The notes beneath the pieces were generated by a model. The model ran no database searches. It saw nothing but the letters and a program-made list of their open reading frames with translations, and was not told the origin of the DNA. DNA of 64,000 nucleotides from a virus (Duplodnaviria; Caudoviricetes), in IMG/VR virus record IMGVR_UViG_3300028379_000001, positions 4,186-68,185 of that record, one strand, 5' to 3'. Shown here piece by piece: positions 10,180 through 17,913 of this stretch. The position numbers were made by a program, and so were the translations under genes. The first letter of the stretch is position 1, and every line of letters begins with the position of its first letter.

Positions 10180-10994
10180 ACCTTCTCCTCCGATTCGTGC
10201 AGGAACATGAGCTGCTGGGCGTCGGCGTACGCCTCGTGGACCAGGCGCTCCCGGTCCCACCGCCCGTACCGGCCTAGGTGCTTGATCGAGGGCCAGCAGT
10301 CGCAGTTGTGGCTGAGGGGCTTCCGGACCTCCTTGACGCCGGGCAGCAGCGGCATCTTGATGTGACCGGGCCACTCGACCGTGCTGTGGCCAAACATCCG
10401 GCTCACCCGGTACCAGGAGACGTCGGCGGTACCGTTGTAGTCGATGACCTCGTCGGTGCCCTCGATCGGCGACTTGCCGAAGGTGCTGTCCCCGCTCGCC
10501 CAGATCATCGTCTCGCGGAACTGATGCGCGGAGTTGACACAGAGCGCCTTACGCGGGATGGTGTTGATGATGAGGTCCGCGTGCTCGTACATCGTGTTGA
10601 ACATCTTCTGCAACTCGTCGCGGTTCGGCCGGAACTCCATGTGCTGCACGAGGTCCGAGTACCACGTCCACAGCGACTTGTAGGTCCCGCGCAGGTCCCA
10701 TGCGACGTGCGCGTCGTCGCGGAGGTCGTCCGAGATGTGGCCGTCCCACATTTCCCCGTAGACCTTCCGGAGGTAGTCCTCCGGGCTCCCGCTCATCCGG
10801 TACCGGATCACTCGGGGCTCGCCCGCTTCCTCGACGAGTCCGGGGATCGGCTGGTGGAGGTACTGCGCCCCGAAGATCGGGGATGGCCGCTTGACCGAGA
10901 ACAGTCGCACCTCCGCTTTCCCCGCCGTCGAGTTCAGGATTGAGTGCGCTGCGACGAGTCCGACCGGACCGCATCCGAGGATCGCAACCTTCAT
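10176..10994 (-). CDS. FAD/NAD(P)-dependent oxidoreductase, UDP-galactopyranose mutase-like ends
   Basis: Rossmann MKVAILGCGPVGLVAAH; C-terminal HLGRYGRWD...HEAY; start ATG 10994. Confidence 0.75.
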   Translation of the reverse strand: MKVAILGCGPVGLVAAHSILNSTAGKAEVRLFSVKRPSPIFGAQYLHQPIPGLVEEAGEPRVIRYRMSGSPEDYLRKVYGEMWDGHISDDLRDDAHVAWDLRGTYKSLWTWYSDLVQHMEFRPNRDELQKMFNTMYEHADLIINTIPRKALCVNSAHQFRETMIWASGDSTFGKSPIEGTDEVIDYNGTADVSWYRVSRMFGHSTVEWPGHIKMPLLPGVKEVRKPLSHNCDCWPSIKHLGRYGRWDRERLVHEAYADAQQLMFLHESEEKV

Positions 10995-11176
10995 GCCTTG
11001 TCTCCCTTCCAGAACGGGCATCGGGTCGTCCCGTTCCGACAGATTACTTTGGTCTTGCTGACCACCCAGTGGACGTGCACCCCGGCCTCCAACTCCTCCA
11101 AGTACTGCTCTTTCAGCTGCGGCAGTCGGTGAGTAATCTTGGCGGTTGCCGGCGTGTACACCCTGGGAAGTCTCAC
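10991..11176 (-). CDS. Hypothetical protein (61 aa)
   Basis: ORF track; 4-nt overlaps on both sides. Confidence 0.6.
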   Translation of the reverse strand: MRLPRVYTPATAKITHRLPQLKEQYLEELEAGVHVHWVVSKTKVICRNGTTRCPFWKGDKA

Positions 11177-11757
11177 TGGACCGTGACCTCCCGCGTGTCG
11201 AGGTCGATCGCGAGCGCATCCGGCAGGACCCGCTCGCCGTTCGCGAGCCGGGGGACGTCCGCTTTGCTGACGTACAGCTTGTAGCTACCGTGGTCGTCGT
11301 TCAGCGGCCACAAGTACGGCATGTCGTCGGGGGTACCGGGGAACTGCTCGCCGTAGTGGTGTTCCGCTTTGCGGAGGAGATTGGAACGATGCGACCGGAG
11401 CACCCACAGGTCATCCAGCCAAGCCGGGCGGGCGACCGGAGCCGTCAGGAGCTGGCCGGGCTCGCTCGGCACCATGCCGTACTCCTGCGCCAGCTCGGCG
11501 AACTTGCCCCAGGTCGTGTCGTTGTGCCCGCGCTCGATCCGCCATTCGTGCGCAACAAAAAGGCCGTACAGGACCAGGGCGGGCTCGTAGCCCTCCCACA
11601 TCCGTACGGCCGGGTGGTTCGCGTATCCGTCGGTCTCGCCACGGAGCACCGACAGGATCTGGATCGTCTCGGCTCGCTGCTTTTCGAGCCGGTCGTTGTC
11701 GAGTGCACGCATAGTTTTGGCGTGCGTCTTGTGCGTGACAAAGGTCTGCATCGTCAT
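11173..11757 (-). CDS. Pyrimidine-dimer DNA glycosylase (T4 EndoV-like / MSMEG_6728-like)
   Basis: MQTF...LDNDRLEKQRAE...GYANHPAVRMWEGY...SHRSNLLRK...PYLWP pattern. Confidence 0.8.
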   Translation of the reverse strand: MTMQTFVTHKTHAKTMRALDNDRLEKQRAETIQILSVLRGETDGYANHPAVRMWEGYEPALVLYGLFVAHEWRIERGHNDTTWGKFAELAQEYGMVPSEPGQLLTAPVARPAWLDDLWVLRSHRSNLLRKAEHHYGEQFPGTPDDMPYLWPLNDDHGSYKLYVSKADVPRLANGERVLPDALAIDLDTREVTVQ

Positions 11758-11902
11758 CCTCCGATAAGAACTAGGCTACCGGCCGGGCCGGGGCTTCCGG
11801 CACCCGGCCCGACCGATCGCCTAGCGTGAGCCTAGTCGGTGACGCTCACGGCGTCTACCCATCAGGCTACCGTTCGCCGCGCGAGCGACGCCGTTCGGGT
11901 GA

Positions 11903-12871
11903 TCAGAACGGCGGCTCGTCGGTCTTCGCGCGACGCTTCGCCGCCGGACGGGCCTTCGCCGCCGGGGCCGACTTCCCGCGACCGGAGGGCGCGCGACGGG
12001 CGGGCTTCGCGGGCTCGGGCTCCTCTTCCTCGTCGTCCTCCTCCTCGGGCTCGTCCTCCAGCTCGTCCTCGTCCTCGGGCTCCTCCTCGTCCTCCAGGGG
12101 GAACTCCGCCTCCAGGATGGCCTCGATGATGTCGTTGTCGGTGACCTTCGTGGTCACGCGGAGGTCGGAGGGCTTGATCTTCTTCAGCTCCGTCCGCGAC
12201 ATCCCCTCCAGCTCGGCGCGACGCTCCTCCAGCTCGTCGTCCTCGCCCTCCTCCTCGGCGTCGTCGTCCTCGGGCTCGGCGTCGTCCTCCTCCGCCTCCT
12301 CGTCGTCGTACTCCTCGTCCTCCAGCTCCTCGTCGTCCTCGTCGGCGACGACGGGCTTGGGGGCGTCGGTGATCGGGATGAGGGAGTTGATGCGCAGCTG
12401 CTCGTCGCCCTCGTACTTCTCCTTGCTGGTGTTGGCGGCGACCTCGATCGAGTCCGGAACGTTCCACGTCCCGATCTTCTTGATCATGCCCTCGCCGTCG
12501 CCCTCGGTGACGACGTTGCCCGCCCAGAACGCCTTCAGGACGGCCTTCTGCTTGGCGTCGGTCAGCTTCGTCCCGGCGAGGATCGCCAGGAGGAACTGGT
12601 TGACGCGATTGGCGTTCTCCTTCTCGCAGGTCCGGTACAGCCAGCCGGACGCGCCGTTGTACTGGGCCTTCTTGGTGCCCGACGGCTCGGCGATCTCCAG
12701 CACGCACTTCATCATCGGGGCGCCCGCCTTGGATTCGGTCGCCTCCAGACGCTTCAGGTTGAAGCGGTACACGCCCTTGGGCGGGACCGGGCCGTCGTAG
12801 CCGATGATCGTGTCGCTGGGGGCCTCGTCCGCGAGGTCCTGCCCGAAGCCAACCGCATTCCACTTGCCCAT
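11903..12871 (-). CDS. ssDNA-binding protein-like (DUF669-type) with long acidic tail
   Basis: PPKGVYRFNLKRLEATESKAGAPMMKCVLEI; Asp/Glu-rich linker; ends DEPPF. Confidence 0.7.
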   Translation of the reverse strand: MGKWNAVGFGQDLADEAPSDTIIGYDGPVPPKGVYRFNLKRLEATESKAGAPMMKCVLEIAEPSGTKKAQYNGASGWLYRTCEKENANRVNQFLLAILAGTKLTDAKQKAVLKAFWAGNVVTEGDGEGMIKKIGTWNVPDSIEVAANTSKEKYEGDEQLRINSLIPITDAPKPVVADEDDEELEDEEYDDEEAEEDDAEPEDDDAEEEGEDDELEERRAELEGMSRTELKKIKPSDLRVTTKVTDNDIIEAILEAEFPLEDEEEPEDEDELEDEPEEEDDEEEEPEPAKPARRAPSGRGKSAPAAKARPAAKRRAKTDEPPF

Positions 12872-13713
12872 TACGCTGTCCTCCGCTTACTCGGGGCCGG
12901 TCGGCGGGTTGCCGTCCGGGTTGTGCCTGCTCGCCGCGCGCTTCCGGTAGCGCGGCGAGTCGTCGTTGCGCTGGATGAGATCATGTCGCGGATCTCGCCC
13001 AGCTTGAGGTCGTCCGTGTGGGGAGCGAGGACACCGGAGCGGTCCTTGCCTGTGTACGGACCATCGGGCTTCCAGGTGATCCGCCGAACTTCGCGGGTCC
13101 GGTCGGAGGTACGGCTCTTGATCTCCTTGACCGTCATGCGACCGAAGCACGTCATCAGACCAGAGATGTAGTGGCTGACCTCCCCCTTCGATCCCTTCAC
13201 CTGCGGCACGACGATCTCATCGCCGTCCGGGGTCTCCAGATTCATCGGCAGCGCCGTGAACAGGACGTCGACTGGCATGTTGCACAGCATCTCCACCTTC
13301 CTCTTGAGGATGAGGTGGCCCTTCTGGTAGTCCTGGATCGCCGGGATGTAGGCGTCCCGACTGGAGTTCTCGGACACCGCCTTCTCGACGATCGAGACCA
13401 TGATGATCTCCTGGAGCATCGTCAAGCCGTCGACCACGAGCCAGCGGTACTTCTCGTGACCACCGGCCTTGAGCCACTTGGTGATCTCCTCGAAATCCTC
13501 CAGGCTGTTTACTGCGACCGTGCTTGCCTTCGACCCCGCCCGGCTAGCGCTCATCGTGCCCTTGTCGGACGCGATGATCAGTCCGTCGTCGGCGGTCCCG
13601 GCGAACACGGTCTTGCCGACGCCAGAGTCACCATACACCAACAGGTTCAGGGACTCGTCCAGATCGGCGAGCTTCTGGATCTTCGGCATCTTGGCCGAAG
13701 GCGCGGGTGCCAT
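12871..13713 (-). CDS. AAA-family ATPase (AAA_24/Sak4-like)
   Basis: LLVYGDSGVGKT Walker A; LVVDGLT Walker B; beside SSB and exonuclease. Confidence 0.85.
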   Translation of the reverse strand: MAPAPSAKMPKIQKLADLDESLNLLVYGDSGVGKTVFAGTADDGLIIASDKGTMSASRAGSKASTVAVNSLEDFEEITKWLKAGGHEKYRWLVVDGLTMLQEIIMVSIVEKAVSENSSRDAYIPAIQDYQKGHLILKRKVEMLCNMPVDVLFTALPMNLETPDGDEIVVPQVKGSKGEVSHYISGLMTCFGRMTVKEIKSRTSDRTREVRRITWKPDGPYTGKDRSGVLAPHTDDLKLGEIRDMISSSATTTRRATGSARRAGTTRTATRRPAPSKRRTA

Positions 13714-13895
13714 CAGAATTCCTCCTCTCCGCTACTCTCGTCCATCGCGATGATGTACGCTTCCAGCTCCTCGACGGCCCCGACGATGTGATCCCGGTCC
13801 CGCTTGGAGATCCGCTCCAGGCCGTGCTGACGGATCGCGCGGGCCTTCACGTCCCGGAGGTGCTCGACGCCCCGGACCTTCAACGGCAGGGCCAC
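13713..13895 (-). CDS. Hypothetical protein (60 aa)
   Basis: ORF track; tight operon packing. Confidence 0.65.
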   Translation of the reverse strand: MALPLKVRGVEHLRDVKARAIRQHGLERISKRDRDHIVGAVEELEAYIIAMDESSGEEEF

Positions 13896-13898
13896 GAC

Positions 13899-14216
13899 TC
13901 ACTCCTCCTCGGTCTCGTCCTCGGCGTCTCCGAGACCCAGGAAGTCCTCCAAGGACATCCTCGGGGGCAGGAGCGCGGCCTCCAGGACCACGATCATGTT
14001 CTTCTTGAGGTCCGGAAGGTTGTACTTCTCCCGCACGATCTTCGTGAGCGCCGTGTGGGCGGAGGCGACGGACGTGGACTTCACCTCCTCGAACCGGTGG
14101 TTGGCCTCGTCGGTCGAGTCCTTCGTGTAGTTCACGTACGTCATCGCGTACCGTCGCGACTTGGACTTGCCCTTGGGCGGACGCGGTGTGCGCTCGCCGG
14201 GCGGTGGTAGTGCCAT
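13899..14216 (-). CDS. Hypothetical protein (105 aa)
   Basis: ORF track; tight operon packing. Confidence 0.7.
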   Translation of the reverse strand: MALPPPGERTPRPPKGKSKSRRYAMTYVNYTKDSTDEANHRFEEVKSTSVASAHTALTKIVREKYNLPDLKKNMIVVLEAALLPPRMSLEDFLGLGDAEDETEEE

Positions 14217-14548
14217 CAGTAGTCCCTCACTCTCATGCCCTTGGGCGTCTTCATGATGTTGGGTTCCGTCTTCATCCCCACGTCCGAACGGATCTTCCGG
14301 GCCGCGCCGAGCATCGCGGTCATCTCCCCCTCGGCCCGCTGCCAGGCGGCGGCCTGTCGTTGGGCAACCTCCAGATCCTCCTGGCGCTCCTTGGCCACCA
14401 CCTCGAACATCTGAACCTGCTTGGCGGCGTACTCGATCCGCTTGGTCAGTTCGTCCTCGATGAGCAGGGATGCCTCGTCGGCGTACTCCCCTGCGCCGCG
14501 TTGGGCGGGCGGCTCCTCGCTCCGCTCGAACTCGTCATCGCCCTTCAT
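14216..14548 (-). CDS. Coiled-coil hypothetical protein
   Basis: Start re-called to ATG 14548 (MKGDDEF) after GAGGG. Confidence 0.65.
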   Translation of the reverse strand: MKGDDEFERSEEPPAQRGAGEYADEASLLIEDELTKRIEYAAKQVQMFEVVAKERQEDLEVAQRQAAAWQRAEGEMTAMLGAARKIRSDVGMKTEPNIMKTPKGMRVRDY

Positions 14549-14715
14549 CCCTCTCCCTCTCTCTGGCCAGGGAGCCGAATCCGGGGTGGACTCGGGACTC
14601 GCTGGACCTGTCGGAACATGTCCCGGTGGATCTTGGTCAGGTAGATCGCGGTCCACATCGCCGCGCCGCTACCGAGGATCTGGGCGATGAGGATGAGGAT
14701 CTGGAACAGGGTCAT
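14545..14715 (-). CDS. Small membrane protein
   Basis: MTLFQILILIAQILGSGAAMWTAIYL. Confidence 0.55.
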   Translation of the reverse strand: MTLFQILILIAQILGSGAAMWTAIYLTKIHRDMFRQVQRVPSPPRIRLPGQREGEG

Positions 14716-14773
14716 CGCTTCGTCCTGCAGATGCACTTCTGGCGATGGCATCGCTCGCACAGCTCAACGAAGC

Positions 14774-14989
14774 TCACGTCTCTCGCTCCCAGCGACCGTT
14801 GACCAGCTCGCAGTCGACGTTGTCGGAGACCTCGATCTCGACCTCCGCCCCAGCCGCCGCGACAGCCATCTGCTGCTCGGTCGGCGGCGCGAGGTCCGCA
14901 CACGGGTTCCGGACGTTGCATCCGGTCAGCCCGGCGGCGACCGAAGCGAGCACGAACAGGGAGAGTGGAGCCTTGATGAACCACTTCAT
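14774..14989 (-). CDS. Small lipoprotein
   Basis: MKWFIKAPLSLFVLASVAAGLTGC: signal peptide with lipobox LTGC. Confidence 0.7.
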   Translation of the reverse strand: MKWFIKAPLSLFVLASVAAGLTGCNVRNPCADLAPPTEQQMAVAAAGAEVEIEVSDNVDCELVNGRWERET

Positions 14990-14991
14990 TG

Positions 14992-16038
14992 CTACGCTGC
15001 CTTTCTGTAGGGTCCGTACGGGTCTTGCGTCTTGAAGGTCCAGTCCCGGAGGTCCTGCCAGTCCCCGCCCTCCTCGTGTAGCTCGCACATCGTCTTGAAC
15101 GGGCAGGACTCGCATCCGAACGGACCCTGCTGGGGGTTCTTGTAGACGAGTTCCGGATTGGCCTTCATCCGGTTCATCTCTTTCACCTCCAGCACGATCC
15201 GGTCGTGCTGCTGGCGGCGCGCTTCGGCGGACCGGGCGACCTCGTACCGGGCGAGGACGGGCGCCTGGACGCCCTGCTGCTTGGAGACGGAGCCGTCCTT
15301 GTTCAGGCGCTTTCCGTCCTCGTTGACCGGGCGGGAGTCGACCTTGTAGACCTCCTTGCGCATGAAGTTGTAGGTGATCTCCTCGATCGGCGACTGGCCC
15401 GCTGCGAGTCGGTTGAGCGACTCGAATGTGAGGTATGAGCCCGCCTGGTCGTCGAGTGCGAGGTGCCCGAACTTGATCATGGACGCGGTCTTGTGCTCGT
15501 CGATCTTGACCCGGTTGTAGTCCTCGACGTCGATGTACACGCCGTCCATCGTGTAGAAGTAGATGGCCAGCGGCGAGCCGTCGTGGTCGTAGATGACCAT
15601 CTTCCGGGTCTGCTCGGTGGCGACGTACTTCTTGTGGGGGTCCTTCCCGTACGTGTCGACGTAGTGCTCCATCATCGCGACCCCAAGATCGCGCGCCTCC
15701 ACGTACTTCGTCGTGTCCGTCGTCGCGTCGTAATCCCGTACGATGATCGGGATCTCCGCGTCGGCGTACTTCGCCCAGGACTTCGCCGGGTGCGGCCCGC
15801 GCTTGAACCCGAGCTGGTACCAGTCGGCCAGAGCCTCGTGGATGCCGATGCCGAACCAGAAGTTGAACCCGACCGGACCCTTCGGCACGAGCCCCATCCG
15901 GTAGCCCCACCACCACTTCTGCGGGCACTGCCGCCAGGTCGTCCGCTCGGACGTCCGGAGCGTCGGCAGCCCATCGGGGAGCGCGCCCTGGTGCGTGTAG
16001 AGCGACGCCTGATAGTGCATCGCATCGTTCTTGCTCAC
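14992..16038 (-). CDS. Cas4/RecB-like PD-(D/E)xK exonuclease
   Basis: LRTSERTTWRQCPQKWWW, FGIGIHEAL, MDGVY...IDEHKT, QAGSY, C-terminal CESCPFKTMC; GTG 16038. Confidence 0.85.
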   Translation of the reverse strand: MSKNDAMHYQASLYTHQGALPDGLPTLRTSERTTWRQCPQKWWWGYRMGLVPKGPVGFNFWFGIGIHEALADWYQLGFKRGPHPAKSWAKYADAEIPIIVRDYDATTDTTKYVEARDLGVAMMEHYVDTYGKDPHKKYVATEQTRKMVIYDHDGSPLAIYFYTMDGVYIDVEDYNRVKIDEHKTASMIKFGHLALDDQAGSYLTFESLNRLAAGQSPIEEITYNFMRKEVYKVDSRPVNEDGKRLNKDGSVSKQQGVQAPVLARYEVARSAEARRQQHDRIVLEVKEMNRMKANPELVYKNPQQGPFGCESCPFKTMCELHEEGGDWQDLRDWTFKTQDPYGPYRKAA

Positions 16039-16202
16039 GGCTTGCACTTCCCCTCGGTGTGCGTGTACTTCTTGACCAGCTTGACGGCGGTCTTGCTGCC
16101 CTCCAGCTGGATGTCCTTCCACTCCGTCTCGTACACGACCTCGTTCTTCATGAGGGCGGCGCCGCACTTCTGGCAGTAGTGCCCGCTCGGCTGCTCAGGC
16201 AT
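16035..16202 (-). CDS. Small zinc-ribbon-like protein (MPEQPSGHYCQKCG...)
   Basis: Hand-translated; CxxC; overlaps flanking stop/start. Confidence 0.55.
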   Translation of the reverse strand: MPEQPSGHYCQKCGAALMKNEVVYETEWKDIQLEGSKTAVKLVKKYTHTEGKCKP

Positions 16203-16704
16203 CGTACTCCCCCAGCGGCTCGGTAATCGCCGCGACGTAGATGGCGGCGATGTCCTTGTCGTCGATGAGCCGAGCGTCCGGCGTCTCCCAGTAGCTCTGG
16301 TTGGGCGGGTGGTTCGCGGCGTAGTTCGCGATGAACCGGCGACCGTCCCGAAGGGACAGGCGGTACTTCCGTCCGATGACCGGGTTCATCACCCGCGCGC
16401 CGACTGCCTCGCCCCGGTCGATATCGGCGGCGACTTTCGGGCCGTACTTGTGAACTTCGGCGGCGAGCTTCGACAGTCGCTCCAGTTGACGGCGCATGTC
16501 CTTGCTGCGGAACTTCGCCTCCATCCAGTCTCGGATGGTCGGGTGCTCCGCGTACTCAGATTCGTCGCAGTCGGCGAGGAACTGGCCGACGCGCTCGATC
16601 TCCTCGGACGAGAGACGTCCGGTGTTCTCTGCGATCCGCACGACTCGGCGGAACAGCTCGATGGGGACCGCGTCCGTCACGATAACTCTCGGCATACTGA
16701 CCAA
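16195..16704 (-). CDS. Hypothetical protein (169 aa)
   Basis: ORF track; RBS GGAGG upstream. Confidence 0.7.
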   Translation of the reverse strand: MVSMPRVIVTDAVPIELFRRVVRIAENTGRLSSEEIERVGQFLADCDESEYAEHPTIRDWMEAKFRSKDMRRQLERLSKLAAEVHKYGPKVAADIDRGEAVGARVMNPVIGRKYRLSLRDGRRFIANYAANHPPNQSYWETPDARLIDDKDIAAIYVAAITEPLGEYDA

Positions 16705-16745
16705 ACCCTCCGATCTTGGGTGTCTTCCGGATCACCCATCAAGGT

Positions 16746-16918
16746 CACTCAGAGAGACGCCGGGGATTCCGGACCTCCGCCAGGGAAGACCCGGCGCCTT
16801 TCTGAGTGCCCCCGCCCGGTCCATGAGCGGTTCCCGTCGTACAGGATCATCTGGATCCCAACCACGCGGGCGGGGGTGCCCTTACGGGCGACGCCGGGGG
16901 CGGGAGACCCCCGGCGCC
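16746..16918 (-). other. Densely base-paired intergenic element (four abutting stems); terminator plus possible structured RNA
   Basis: Stems 16746-53/16801-08, 16756-64/16790-98, 16809-18/16867-76, GCCC-GTAA-GGGC, and 16890-900/16908-18. Confidence 0.5.
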
Positions 16919-16925
16919 ACTTCCC

Positions 16926-17507
16926 TCAGAACTCGGCCTCGGCCGCACCCGTCGAGCGGCGAGCCGCCTTCGGCCGGGTCGACGCGGCCGGGCGCGCGGC
17001 CCGACCCGAGCCCCGCGCGGGCCGACCGGCGGGCTTCGCCGCCGTCTCGGTCGTCGCCTTCGCGGCGCGGGTCCGACGGGCGGGCTTGGCCGGGGCCTCG
17101 TCCTCCTCCTCGGTCGCGGCGGCGCGGGTCCGTCGCGCGGGCTTGGCGGCCTTCTCGGCCTCCTTGGCCTCGCGGGCCTTGGCGCGGTCGGCCTTCGCAG
17201 CCTCGCGGGCCTCGGCCGCCGTCTCGGCCTCCTCCTCCTTGCGGGCGGCCTCGGCCTCCTTGAACTCGTGGTTCTCGGGGGACCGCTGGTGGAGCGAACG
17301 CCACCGGAGGGCGTACGCGGCGGCGTCCATGGCCGCGTCGAACTCCTTCTTGGTCTTGAAGGCGTCCTCGCCGCCCATCCGCTCCAGGACCCACTCGGCG
17401 AAGTGGGTGTGGAGCGGTCGGTGGCCGTTCTCGGTGACCTTCTCGACGTCGGCGGCGTAGTCGATCTCGTCGCCCTCGGGGATCTCGTACTTGCGCTCTC
17501 GTGCCAT
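16926..17507 (-). CDS. Protein with Ala/Lys/Arg-rich histone-like tail, likely DNA-binding
   Basis: AKPARRTRAA repeats; own promoter upstream. Confidence 0.75.
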   Translation of the reverse strand: MARERKYEIPEGDEIDYAADVEKVTENGHRPLHTHFAEWVLERMGGEDAFKTKKEFDAAMDAAAYALRWRSLHQRSPENHEFKEAEAARKEEEAETAAEAREAAKADRAKAREAKEAEKAAKPARRTRAAATEEEDEAPAKPARRTRAAKATTETAAKPAGRPARGSGRAARPAASTRPKAARRSTGAAEAEF

Positions 17508-17566
17508 CTAACTGCCCTCCATGGGGTCCGGGTTTCGGGTGTTTCGTTCTTCCCTGGTAGCAAGAA

Positions 17567-17630
17567 CGCTACTCTGGGTCGCTCAGGAAGTCGAGACTTT
17601 TCTCAACTTTTCTTGAACTTTTTCTTCAGA
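17567..17630 (-). promoter_or_regulatory. Sigma70-type promoter with phased A-tracts
   Basis: Minus strand TCGACT-17 bp-TAGCGT, preceded by AAAAGT repeats at 10-11 bp spacing. Confidence 0.6.
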
Positions 17631-17913
17631 GCCTGGTCCGGGGGCGGATCGGCGGTGCCGGCTTCTCGCCAGTGACCCGGATTCGACTCACGCGGGAGGC
17701 TTCCTCCCCGTCGTGCTCCGGTCGCCGCGCGGACGTCCGGCCGTTCGCCTGGAGCTTGAACCGCTCCGCCTGTCGCCACTTCTCGACCGTCTCCAGCGCA
17801 TCCCGCGCGGCGCGCTTCCCGCGCAGGTGCCAGCCGATCCACACGGCCGCCCCGATCGCGCCCAGCACAGCGAGTGCTAGGCACACCCAGCGCAGCCATT
17901 CGTCCACGTTCAT
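17626..17913 (-). CDS. Membrane protein
   Basis: MNVDEWLRWVCLALAVLGAIGAAVWIGWHL; ATG overlaps helicase stop. Confidence 0.6.
   Translation of the reverse strand: MNVDEWLRWVCLALAVLGAIGAAVWIGWHLRGKRAARDALETVEKWRQAERFKLQANGRTSARRPEHDGEEASRVSRIRVTGEKPAPPIRPRTRL

Noticed and set aside
11903-12400. Low-complexity GAG/GAC repeats
   Set aside because: They encode the acidic tail of the SSB-like protein; not a separate element.
14992-16038. Cas4-like gene as evidence of a CRISPR system
   Set aside because: No other cas genes or array; Cas4/RecB-like exonucleases are common in phage recombination modules.
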